From positions 8,680-72,679 of the forward strand of contig JAGLRN010000069.1 of the NCBI GenBank assembly GCA_023136265.1: 64,000 nt of DNA, read 5' to 3'. The stretch comes from Thermoplasmata archaeon (GTDB lineage: Archaea; Thermoplasmatota; Thermoplasmata; RBG-16-68-12; JAGMCJ01). A model generated the notes under the pieces. It had not been told where the DNA came from. It did no database searches and worked only from the letters and a program-made list of their open reading frames with translations. A program made the translations under genes and the position numbers. Below are positions 43,731-52,775 of this stretch, in pieces. Each line of letters opens with the position of its first letter. The first letter of the stretch is position 1.

Positions 43731-46700
43731 TCAGTCCTCCACGTCTTCGTCCGCCTCGTCTTCGGTCTCCTCTTGCGGGGGCTCCTTCTTCCTCCAGAAC
43801 ATAAGCAGGATCAGGAGTGTCGTGATCGCCAGCAACGCGATGAGGGCCGCCCAGAAGAGCGCGTCCTCGAATCCGCCTCCTTCTTCCGCCACCAGCGGGT
43901 TCGGGTCGTTGCCGTCCCTGATGCCGTCCCCGTCCGTGTCTGCGTCGTTGGGATCGGTCTCAATCGAATACTCCTGAAGATTCGACAGTCCGTCGCTGTC
44001 GGGATCGTCATCCGCTCCCTGGCTCAGGTCCCCGAAGTTCTCACCCTCCCAATCGTCCGGCAGTCCGTCATGGTCCGTGTCGTCTTGCGCGACAGCCACC
44101 GTGAACACCCACGCAACGACCGCTCTGTTGGGCGGGTCAACCAGGTCCTCGACCTCCAGGTAGACAGTGTACGTCCCGTCCTCCAAGGGCATGAGGAACG
44201 TGAGCGTTATCGCGCTCCCCGTCACCACGGCAGAGCCGGTGACGTCCGCCGAGGCGAGCTTCAGAGCCACGCTTGTCGTGTCGATCCCCGATGCATCGCT
44301 GTAGGTCGCGCTGATCGTCGGTGTGTTGTCGCTAAGCGTAGATCCGTTCACAGGCAGCATGTTCGAGATTGTCGGCGGGGACGTGTCAACCGTGAACTGC
44401 CAGGTCACTGTGGCGACGTTCTGCGGTGTCGACTGATCCTTCACTTCTAGGTAGACGTTGTGCGTGCCTTCCGAGAGGGCGCTCGCGGGCGTGTAACTCA
44501 TCGAATTCGCGGTCACCGTGGCCGAGGCAGTGACATCCACCGAGTCGACCTTCAGTGTGACGCTCGAAACGTCAATCCCAGAATCGTCGGTGTAGCTCGC
44601 ACTCACGAGGGGCTTCGTCTCCCCGATCGTCGCCAGATCGATGGGCTGCAGGTCGGTGATCGCCGGAGTCACTGTGTCCACTGTGAACCACCACGTCTCC
44701 GTCGCCTTGTTGCGGTTGGACGAGTCGTCCTCCACCTCCAAGAGCACGGTGTGAGTTCCTTCCGAGAGGGGGGCCATCGGAGTGTAAGTCACGCCCGAGG
44801 ACGTGACCGTCGCCAGTGAGGAGATGTCCACAGAATCGACTTCGAGGACAACGCTGCCCTCATCGATTCCGTTCTCATCGCTGTAGGTGGCCCCTATGAC
44901 TGGCGTGCTGTCGCTTACGGTCGACCCGTCAACAGGTTGCGCACCTGCTATCTCGGGTGGTGTCACGTCGAGCATGGTCGTGTCAATCGTGAAGTACCAG
45001 TTCTCTTCCGCAGGATTCTGGGGCGAGGAGGTGTCGCTGACCTCCACATGCACAGTGTGAATCCCGTTCGTGAGAGGAGCAATGGGAACGTACGTTGCCC
45101 CGCCAGAAGTCACGGTCGCGGACCCAGTAACGTCGACCGCGTCGACGACCACCCTGACGCTCGATAAGTCGATCCCGGTGGCGTCGTTGAAGCTCACGCC
45201 GATCGTCGGGGTCGTATCCGGGATGGTCGACATATGGGCGGGCTGAGCGTTCGAGATCACTGGAGGTAACGTGTCCACAGTGAACCACCAGGTCATCGTG
45301 GCGGTGTTCTGGGGCGTAGCCTGGTCCTTCACCTCAAGGTAGACATCGTGTATGCCTTCCGACAGAGAGCTGGGGACATAGACCACCTGATTCACGCCCA
45401 CAGCCGCGGATGCGGTCACGTCGATCGAGTCCACCAGGAGCACGACGCTCGCCAGGTCAATCCCCGAATCGTCCCCGTAGCTGGCGCCTATGGCGGGAGT
45501 GCTGTCACTGATCACAGACTGATCCGAGGGCTGCAAGTTCGATATGCTGGGTTCGACAGTATCTACAGTGAATGACCACGTCTCGGTCGCGATGTTCTGG
45601 CCTGGCGAGTCATCCGCGACCTCGAGATACACGCTGTGAACGCCCTCGGACAGAGGTGACGATGGCGTGTATGTCACATCCAAGAGAGTCACTGTCGCTT
45701 GAGCGGTGACGTCGAACCCGTCCACCCTGAGAAGGACGCTCGCGGTGTCTATCCCAGACACGTCGGTATAGCTCGCTCCTATCCCGGGTGTGCTGTCACT
45801 TACGATTGATAGATCGGCGGGCTGCAGGTCAGAAATCGTTGGCGGGTCCGGGTCGATGATGCTTGTGTCGATCGTGAACGACCACATCTTCTTCGCCACA
45901 TTGGCGGGAGAGGAGTTGTCAAGAACCTCAACGTAGACGTCGTGCGGTCCATCCGCCATTGGGGAGGGCACGAGATAGGTGACCCTGTCGAACTCCACCG
46001 TCGCCTGGGCGGTAACGTCCACCGAGTCCACTTCCAGCACAACGGTCGAGATGTCTATCCCAGACAGGTCGCCGTAGGATGCGCTTATCGTGGGTGTGTC
46101 GTCAGCTATCGTGGATTGATTGGCGGGCTGCGGGTCCGTGATCGTCGGGGGCAGCGTGTCCACAGCGAACCACCAGGCCCTCACGGCCACGTTCATTGGT
46201 GTGGAATTGTCACCCGCGTGGAGGCTCACGGTATGTGGCCCTTCTGAGAGGGGAGATGCAGGAGCATAGGCGATGTCGGAGAAGGTGATCGTGGAGCTGT
46301 TCGTCACGTCGACGCCGTCCACTTCCAGCAGCAAGTTCTGTGGAAAGATGGAGGAATCGTCACTGAAGTCCGCGCCGATGGTCGGCGTGTCGTCGCTTAC
46401 TATCGACTGATTGACGGGTTGCAGGTTGGTGATGTCCGGCGGGACCGTGTCAACAACGAACCACCAGGACTCTGTCGCGGTGTTCGGCGGTGAAGAAAGA
46501 TCCTCGATGTCAAGGTCGACCCAGTGAGGTCCTTCCGTCAAGGGCGCCGATGTGTACGTTATGCTCGTCCCGGTGACCGTCGCAGAGGCGGTCACATCCA
46601 CGGCGTCCAGTTGCAGCGTCACAGCGGATGAGTTGACTCCTGACGGATCTGTGTAGTTCGCTGCGATCCCGGGAGAATCGTCACTGATGATGGTCTTCCA

Positions 46701-48494
46701 TGGTCGGGGGTCCGCGATCTGCGGGGGCTGAGTGTCCACCGTGAACGACCACGACTCGGTCGCCAGGTTATGGATGAGTGAGGCGTCCCTGACCTCCAGG
46801 GAGACATCGTGAATGCCATCCGGCAGAGGAGGTGACGGCGTGTATGTCACATCCGAGGGAGTTACTGTCGCTTGAGCGGTGATGTCGAACCCGTCCACCC
46901 TCAGGACCACGCTGCCCGTGTCAATGCCTGACGCGTCGCTGTAGCTGGCACCTATCCCGGGCGTCGTGTCGCCTATTACCGACCCGTTGGCGGGCTGTAT
47001 GTCCGATATCACGGGCGGGTCCGTCTCGACGCCGATGATCGTGAACGACCCATTGCTCTTGTCCCAGTTCGTCTTGGCGGTCGAGTCGGTCACGTTCACC
47101 CTGACGTAGCAGTCCGCGGAGGGCGTGTTGTTGACCGTCCACAGATACGAGCCGTCGTTCGCCTCATCGTCACTGATCTCCGCATATGGCCCGAAGAGAC
47201 CGCTCACGGAGTATTCTATCCTGATAGTCAGAGGTGGCGTGCCGCCAGAAGCTGTCCAGTTGATGTAATGCTGCGTCAACGCGTCCCAACTCTCACCGCC
47301 GTTGGGCCCGTCAACTTCAACCGTCAGCGGTGGTGCGGTCTCGTCATTCTTCAGCACCCGAACTCCGAAGCCCTCGCCGGCCGCACCGATGTCCAGGTAC
47401 CCGTCACCGTCAATATCGCCCGCCGTTACGCCTATCACCGATCCAGTTGGAAGGCCCAGTGATGCATCGGTCCAGGAATCCCCTCCATCCCCCTTCCAGA
47501 TCTGAATCCCGCCGCTGGTGTACTTCGCTGTCAGGATGTCAGGGTATTTGTCCCCGACCATGTCGGCAAGAATGACGCCGTAGTAGGTACCAGTCGTCGG
47601 CAAGCCGCTGGAAGCCAGGGTCCAATTGCTCGTTCCGTCGCCAAGCCATGCGCGAAGGCCATGTCCGTCCTGATCCATCGCCGCAACGAGGTCCAAGTGT
47701 CCATCGAGGTTGAGATCCCCGAGCGTGACGCTGTTCCACTGATCGGTCCACGGGAGGCCGTTCGAGGCCTCGGTCCAGCCGCCCGTTCCATCTCCCAGCC
47801 AGACATGCATGCCCGCACCGGCGACGGCGAGGTCCGTATGATTGTCATGGTTCACATCGTCCATCCACACGCTGAAGTACTTCCCGGTCGTGGGCAAGTT
47901 GGTCGATGACTCGGTCCATGAGCCCGCTCCATTGCCGAGGTAGACCTCCACACCGCCGCCGTCGTTGGCGACGGCGAGGTCCAGATTATCGTCGTGGTTG
48001 ACATCCGCCAGGAATATCCCCGTGCGCATCGAGGTCGTCGGCAGACCAGTGTTGGCAAGGGTCCAAGTCCCTGCGCCGTCCCCGGTCCAAACGGAGACAC
48101 CGCCAGAACCGTAGGCGTAGTTCGTGGCCGCGATGTCCAGGTCGCCGTCGTTGTTTATGTCTCCCAGGAAAACGCCTCCGTCGTAGGCGTTGTCCGGCAG
48201 GCCGTTGGCGGCAAGCGTCCATGTTCCCGCACCGTCGCCCGTCCACACTTTCACACCGAAGTAGCCCGCGGTCGCGATGTCCAGGTTGGTATCATTGTTG
48301 ATATCACCGAACCAAACGGAGAAGTGGCTCTCACCCGACGGCAGACCGTTCGAAGCAGAGACAAAGCCCGTGACGGCAGGGCCATCGTCCTCGGAGGCTT
48401 CGACAAGAACGACCAGAAGTCCGTTGGCCATGAGTCCGGCGACGAGGACCGCCGCCATCAAGGATGAGAACGTGAATCGAAGCCTGCGATCCAT
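43731..48494 (-). CDS. Giant surface protein: FG-GAP beta-propeller, Ig-like domain, 10 tandem Ig-like repeats of about 97 aa, TSP3-like Ca-binding segment, TM and acidic tail
   Basis: Seven GD(I/V/L)N.D..LD-type repeats, PNGGESW, ten D..PP.I...QP...W.FTV units, DTDHDGLPD..E..DTDGDG, TM-WRKK-acidic tail. Confidence 0.85.
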   Translation of the reverse strand: MDRRLRFTFSSLMAAVLVAGLMANGLLVVLVEASEDDGPAVTGFVSASNGLPSGESHFSVWFGDINNDTNLDIATAGYFGVKVWTGDGAGTWTLAANGLPDNAYDGGVFLGDINNDGDLDIAATNYAYGSGGVSVWTGDGAGTWTLANTGLPTTSMRTGIFLADVNHDDNLDLAVANDGGGVEVYLGNGAGSWTESSTNLPTTGKYFSVWMDDVNHDNHTDLAVAGAGMHVWLGDGTGGWTEASNGLPWTDQWNSVTLGDLNLDGHLDLVAAMDQDGHGLRAWLGDGTSNWTLASSGLPTTGTYYGVILADMVGDKYPDILTAKYTSGGIQIWKGDGGDSWTDASLGLPTGSVIGVTAGDIDGDGYLDIGAAGEGFGVRVLKNDETAPPLTVEVDGPNGGESWDALTQHYINWTASGGTPPLTIRIEYSVSGLFGPYAEISDDEANDGSYLWTVNNTPSADCYVRVNVTDSTAKTNWDKSNGSFTIIGVETDPPVISDIQPANGSVIGDTTPGIGASYSDASGIDTGSVVLRVDGFDITAQATVTPSDVTYTPSPPLPDGIHDVSLEVRDASLIHNLATESWSFTVDTQPPQIADPRPWKTIISDDSPGIAANYTDPSGVNSSAVTLQLDAVDVTASATVTGTSITYTSAPLTEGPHWVDLDIEDLSSPPNTATESWWFVVDTVPPDITNLQPVNQSIVSDDTPTIGADFSDDSSIFPQNLLLEVDGVDVTNSSTITFSDIAYAPASPLSEGPHTVSLHAGDNSTPMNVAVRAWWFAVDTLPPTITDPQPANQSTIADDTPTISASYGDLSGIDISTVVLEVDSVDVTAQATVEFDRVTYLVPSPMADGPHDVYVEVLDNSSPANVAKKMWSFTIDTSIIDPDPPTISDLQPADLSIVSDSTPGIGASYTDVSGIDTASVLLRVDGFDVTAQATVTLLDVTYTPSSPLSEGVHSVYLEVADDSPGQNIATETWSFTVDTVEPSISNLQPSDQSVISDSTPAIGASYGDDSGIDLASVVLLVDSIDVTASAAVGVNQVVYVPSSLSEGIHDVYLEVKDQATPQNTATMTWWFTVDTLPPVISNAQPAHMSTIPDTTPTIGVSFNDATGIDLSSVRVVVDAVDVTGSATVTSGGATYVPIAPLTNGIHTVHVEVSDTSSPQNPAEENWYFTIDTTMLDVTPPEIAGAQPVDGSTVSDSTPVIGATYSDENGIDEGSVVLEVDSVDISSLATVTSSGVTYTPMAPLSEGTHTVLLEVEDDSSNRNKATETWWFTVDTVTPAITDLQPIDLATIGETKPLVSASYTDDSGIDVSSVTLKVDSVDVTASATVTANSMSYTPASALSEGTHNVYLEVKDQSTPQNVATVTWQFTVDTSPPTISNMLPVNGSTLSDNTPTISATYSDASGIDTTSVALKLASADVTGSAVVTGSAITLTFLMPLEDGTYTVYLEVEDLVDPPNRAVVAWVFTVAVAQDDTDHDGLPDDWEGENFGDLSQGADDDPDSDGLSNLQEYSIETDPNDADTDGDGIRDGNDPNPLVAEEGGGFEDALFWAALIALLAITTLLILLMFWRKKEPPQEETEDEADEDVED
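44100..47030 (-). repeat. Ten tandem coding repeats of about 290 bp (Ig-like domain); boundaries approximate
   Basis: Counted in the translation; units 1 and 5 are nearly identical in DNA (about 46837-46901 versus 45664-45728). Confidence 0.85.
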
Positions 48495-48507
48495 ATGACC
48501 ACCGTGT

Positions 48508-51500
48508 TTACTCCTCGTCCTGCTCCTCGGGTTCCTCTTCCTTTCTCCTTCTCCAGAACAGGACAACGAGCAGCATTAGGATTATGACAACAAGCAATAT
48601 CAGCACCCACCAGGGGAACTCACCAGATACTTCCTGAGAGGCGAACGTGATCGTGACCGTGTCCGTGTCGCTGTTCCCCGCGCGGTCCACGACCGTCAGC
48701 GTCACAACGTACACGTCCCTGTCCTCGAACGTGAATGAGGGTGTTGCATTGCTGAGCGTCCTGGTCGAGCCCCTGTATGTGAATGTCCACGTGTAGCTCA
48801 CTATCCCGCTCCCGATGGGTCCGTCGTCCGAGCCGCTTCCATCGAAGAGGATAGTGTCGCCCTTGCGGATCTCCACGTCGTCACCCGCATCGGCGATCGG
48901 CGGCGCGGTGTCCAGGAAGACAATGATGAGATTGATCTCCTCCTCGTTCCCCACGTTGTCTGTGCTCTTGTAGTAGATGTTGTGCGGGCCCTCGCTCATC
49001 GCTCCCGCGATCAGTGGCCCAGCATAGGTCGAGGGACAGTTCGGGTCGTCCACCCCGTAGCTGATCGAGCCCACGTCCGAGCCGTCATCCGTCGCGGTGA
49101 TGGCTATCGTCGCCAACGAGCTGCTGATATAGTTCGTGCTCACCGGGTCATATCCCGGCACAGAGCTCGTCGGCGGGGTTTCGTCCAGGAAGACGTACTC
49201 AATGACCTCGACTTCCTCGTTGCCGAGGTTGTCCATGCTCCTGAATCGTATCTCCCTCTGACCGTCATCCCCTGACACGGAGACCGATCCGGATATGAAC
49301 TGCGTCCAGTCCACCTCCGCGGTCCCGCCCTTGAAGATGGCGTACGACGTGGACGCCGCGCCGCTCCCCGCTCCGTCGTCGGCGGAGAAAGAAATCGGCG
49401 TCGATGATGTGATGAACGTAACGCCAGAGTCCGCGTGACTGGGCACACCAACCACGATGCTCGAGCTCGGCGGGGTGTTGTCCAAGTACACTGTCTCGAC
49501 CACCGCGTTCTCCTCGTTGTCGAGGACGTCGATGCTCTTGACCTGTATCTCCCTCAGCCCGTCGTCACCGGACAGGAGGACCGTTCCCGTCGAGTACGGA
49601 GTCCAATCCACCTCCACCGTGGCGCCCTTCATGACCCTGTATAACGTAGTCGTCGTGGTGCTCACGAAATCGTCCTTGTAGAACCTGACGGGAGTGAACG
49701 ACGTCATGTACGTGACGCCGGAATCCACGTGCTTCGGGTCCTCCACTGAGATGCTCGACACGGGCGGCGTGTTGTCCAGGTAGACCTCCATGGTCTTCGG
49801 GATCTCTTCATTCCCGTAATCGTCCACGCTCTTGTACTTGATAAACGTCAATCCGTCGCTCTTCGAGGTCGGAATCCAGAACTCGGACGTGTACTGACCG
49901 TATGCGGGCTCGGGTTCACCCGAGCTGTAGTACATGTACCAGATCGCCTCGATGCCAGCCGGGTCCTCCGCTGTCAGGCGGAACGACGTGAGAGAGCTGA
50001 CGTATGTCTCGCCCAGACCGCCAGTATAGTTGATTCCAAGAACCGCGAGTGAGGTCGTTGGAGGCGTCGCGTCAATGATGAATGACCACGACTCCGTCGT
50101 AACCCGCGTGTCGATGTCCGCCACGGACAGGAAGACGTCATGGGCCCCATCCGACAGAGGAGTCGAGGGCACATAGAGCACGCCGGTCTGCGTCACTGTC
50201 GCTTGCGCGGTCACGTCCACAGCATCGACCCTAAGAACAACGCTGCTCACATCGATGCCCGTGTCGTCGCTGTAGCTAGCACTTATGGCAGGCGTTGTGT
50301 CGCCTATCGTTGCCTGGTCGGCGGGCTGCAGGTTCGTTATCTCGGGCGGCTGAATGTCCACAGAGAACCACCATGTCTTCATGGCAACGTTCTGCGGATT
50401 GGAGTTGTCACCTACCGCCAGATAGACATCGTGAACGCCATCCGAGAGCGGCACGCTCGGAACATACGTGATCCCGCCAGAAGTCACAGTAGCGAGATGA
50501 GTGACGTCGACCGCATCCACCCTCATTGTCACGCTGGCGGTGTCTATCCCAGACAAGTCGATATAGCTCGCTCCTATCGTGGGCATCGTCTCGCCGACGG
50601 ACGACTCGTTCGCGGGCTGCAGGTTCGAGATGAGCGGCGACTGCGTGTCCACGGTGAAGGACCATATCTCAACGGCCACGTTCGCCGGTACGGCCTGATC
50701 GCCGACCTCCAGGCGGATGTTGTGCGTCCCTTCCGACAGGGCAATCGTCGGCGCATAGGTTACCATGTTGGGGCCTACGGTCGCCTGGGCCGTGATATCG
50801 ACTCCGTCGAGTTCGAGCAGCACGCTGGCCAAATCAATCCCGGAATCGTCGCTGTACATCGCGCTTATGTCAGGCGTGCTGTCGCCTGTCGTAGACTGAT
50901 TCGCAGGCAGAATATTGAATATCGACGGGTCGGTCGCATCCACCGTGAACGACCACATCTCGGTCGCCAGGTTCTGCGGCGCGGAGTTATCCTTCACCTC
51001 CAAGTAAGCGCTATGGATTCCATCCCAGAGGAGGATGCCTGGAACGTACGTGATGTCGCTCGCGGTAACCGTCGCGGAAGGCGTGACATTGATCCCATCC
51101 ACCTGGAAGAACACGCTGCCCACGTCTATCCCGGAAACGTCGCTGTAGTCCGCGCCTATGGCGGGCATTGCATCGCTGACGATCGATAGATGCGCTGGCT
51201 GCATGTTAGCTATCTGGGGAGGCTGGGTGTCCACCGTAAAGGACCAAGTCTCCATCGCAGTGTTCTGCGGCGCGGAGTTGTCCCCGACCTCTAGATAGAC
51301 GTTATGAGCACCTTCCGAGAGAGGACTCATCGGAACGTACGTGATGTCCGTGCCCGTCACGGTTGCGGACGCCGTCACATCGATCGCATCCACCCAGAGG
51401 GCGACGCTCGAAGTGTCGATTCCTGAGGGATCGCTGTAACTTGCACCCATAATCGGTGTCGCATCGCTCGTGAAGGAGCCATTGGCTGGCTGGAGGTTCG

Positions 51501-52698
51501 TGATGGTGGGCGGTTGCGTGTCCACGATAAACCACCACGTGGCCGCAGCCGCGTTCTGAGGGCTCGACAGATCCCTCACCTCGACGCGGACGTCATGCAC
51601 CCCATCTGCGAGAGGGACCGCCGGCACATAGCTCACGTCCGTGGCGGTGACCGTCGCCTGAGCGGTGACGTCTATTGAATCGATATACAGGACGACGCTG
51701 CCAGCATCGATGCCCGAAGCGTCACTATAGCTCGCAGCGATCGTGGGTGTCGTATCACCGATGGAGGATTCGTTCACAGGCTGGAGGTCTGTGATTGAAG
51801 GTCCGAGCGTGTCCACGATGAACCACCAGGACACCGTTGCCTTGTTGTCGTTCGGGGTATCGTCCTGAACCTCCAGGTAGACGTTGTGGACTCCCTCGGA
51901 CAGTGCCACCGCCGGAGTGTAGGACACATCAGAGGCGGTTGCGGTCGCCTGGGAGGTGCGGTCAACTCCGTCAACGCGCAGCAGGACGCTACTCACATCT
52001 ATACCAGACGCGTCGCTGTACGACGCCCCTATGACAGGTGTGTTGTCGCTGACGGTCGATTGGTTGACGGGCTGGAGGTTTGATATCGTTGGCGGGACGA
52101 AGTCATCGCTCACGCCCGTTATGTTCACCAGATCGACATAGCAGCTCCTGAGCGGATTCATTGGGTACCACGTATTGTAGCACCCCAAAGCGGCATAGAC
52201 CTGTCCCGTTGGCCCGGACATGAACGCATTTGAGTGAGTGTACTCCAACCAGGTACCCGCCTGGTCGACCACGCCTACGACCGTGAAGTCCGGGTAGTCC
52301 TCGGGGTCATCGTTGCCCAGGTACGCAACGACTTCGATCATCTCGCCCACTGGGCCTTCGCTGTACAGTTGGAATTGGAGACCTGCGACAAGCCATGTAT
52401 TGGGAGGACCCTGTACGGTCCGCTCAATCCAAGCCGTGTTCATGTCAGGAAGAGGGAGCCCGTGGGACGTGAGCTTGACTGAGAAGGAGCCGTCAAAGGC
52501 ATACAAGCTAGATATCGCTATGTCGAAGTACGCGGGGTCCTGGTTCATGTCGGGAGACCAATCGCCGAATCCTGTCTCGAAGCTCTCCGTGATCAGTGCC
52601 GAGGCAACCATTGTAGCCTGATTGAAGGTCACGAGAATTAGCATAGCACACAGCAATGCTGAGAGTATTCTCCCAGCGTGTCCGTTTTCCGTTCTCAT
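48508..52698 (-). CDS. Giant surface protein: jelly-roll head, 7 tandem Ig-like repeats, 4 OmpL47-like domains, PKD domain, TM and acidic tail
   Basis: Signal peptide; the same repeat consensus as the downstream gene seven times; S.D..(G/D)NEE four times; PIADAG..FDGSGS..Y.WTF; WRRRKEEEPEEQDEE. Confidence 0.85.
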   Translation of the reverse strand: MRTENGHAGRILSALLCAMLILVTFNQATMVASALITESFETGFGDWSPDMNQDPAYFDIAISSLYAFDGSFSVKLTSHGLPLPDMNTAWIERTVQGPPNTWLVAGLQFQLYSEGPVGEMIEVVAYLGNDDPEDYPDFTVVGVVDQAGTWLEYTHSNAFMSGPTGQVYAALGCYNTWYPMNPLRSCYVDLVNITGVSDDFVPPTISNLQPVNQSTVSDNTPVIGASYSDASGIDVSSVLLRVDGVDRTSQATATASDVSYTPAVALSEGVHNVYLEVQDDTPNDNKATVSWWFIVDTLGPSITDLQPVNESSIGDTTPTIAASYSDASGIDAGSVVLYIDSIDVTAQATVTATDVSYVPAVPLADGVHDVRVEVRDLSSPQNAAAATWWFIVDTQPPTITNLQPANGSFTSDATPIMGASYSDPSGIDTSSVALWVDAIDVTASATVTGTDITYVPMSPLSEGAHNVYLEVGDNSAPQNTAMETWSFTVDTQPPQIANMQPAHLSIVSDAMPAIGADYSDVSGIDVGSVFFQVDGINVTPSATVTASDITYVPGILLWDGIHSAYLEVKDNSAPQNLATEMWSFTVDATDPSIFNILPANQSTTGDSTPDISAMYSDDSGIDLASVLLELDGVDITAQATVGPNMVTYAPTIALSEGTHNIRLEVGDQAVPANVAVEIWSFTVDTQSPLISNLQPANESSVGETMPTIGASYIDLSGIDTASVTMRVDAVDVTHLATVTSGGITYVPSVPLSDGVHDVYLAVGDNSNPQNVAMKTWWFSVDIQPPEITNLQPADQATIGDTTPAISASYSDDTGIDVSSVVLRVDAVDVTAQATVTQTGVLYVPSTPLSDGAHDVFLSVADIDTRVTTESWSFIIDATPPTTSLAVLGINYTGGLGETYVSSLTSFRLTAEDPAGIEAIWYMYYSSGEPEPAYGQYTSEFWIPTSKSDGLTFIKYKSVDDYGNEEIPKTMEVYLDNTPPVSSISVEDPKHVDSGVTYMTSFTPVRFYKDDFVSTTTTTLYRVMKGATVEVDWTPYSTGTVLLSGDDGLREIQVKSIDVLDNEENAVVETVYLDNTPPSSSIVVGVPSHADSGVTFITSSTPISFSADDGAGSGAASTSYAIFKGGTAEVDWTQFISGSVSVSGDDGQREIRFRSMDNLGNEEVEVIEYVFLDETPPTSSVPGYDPVSTNYISSSLATIAITATDDGSDVGSISYGVDDPNCPSTYAGPLIAGAMSEGPHNIYYKSTDNVGNEEEINLIIVFLDTAPPIADAGDDVEIRKGDTILFDGSGSDDGPIGSGIVSYTWTFTYRGSTRTLSNATPSFTFEDRDVYVVTLTVVDRAGNSDTDTVTITFASQEVSGEFPWWVLILLVVIILMLLVVLFWRRRKEEEPEEQDEE
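50070..52105 (-). repeat. Seven tandem coding repeats of about 291 bp, same family as in the adjacent gene; boundaries approximate
   Basis: Counted in the translation. Confidence 0.85.
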
Positions 52699-52775
52699 CG
52701 TTTCGCCCCGCCTCTCCCCTGTTAAGCCAGCAGAATGACAGTCTGGATAATAACGGACTATTAAAGTGCATCGTA

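Noticed and set aside
43731-52698. Canonical cohesin/dockerin assignment for the repeats and Asp-rich motifs
   Set aside because: The repeats look like generic Ig-like domains and the DxDxDG motifs fit FG-GAP and TSP3-like patterns. Only a functional analogy is proposed.
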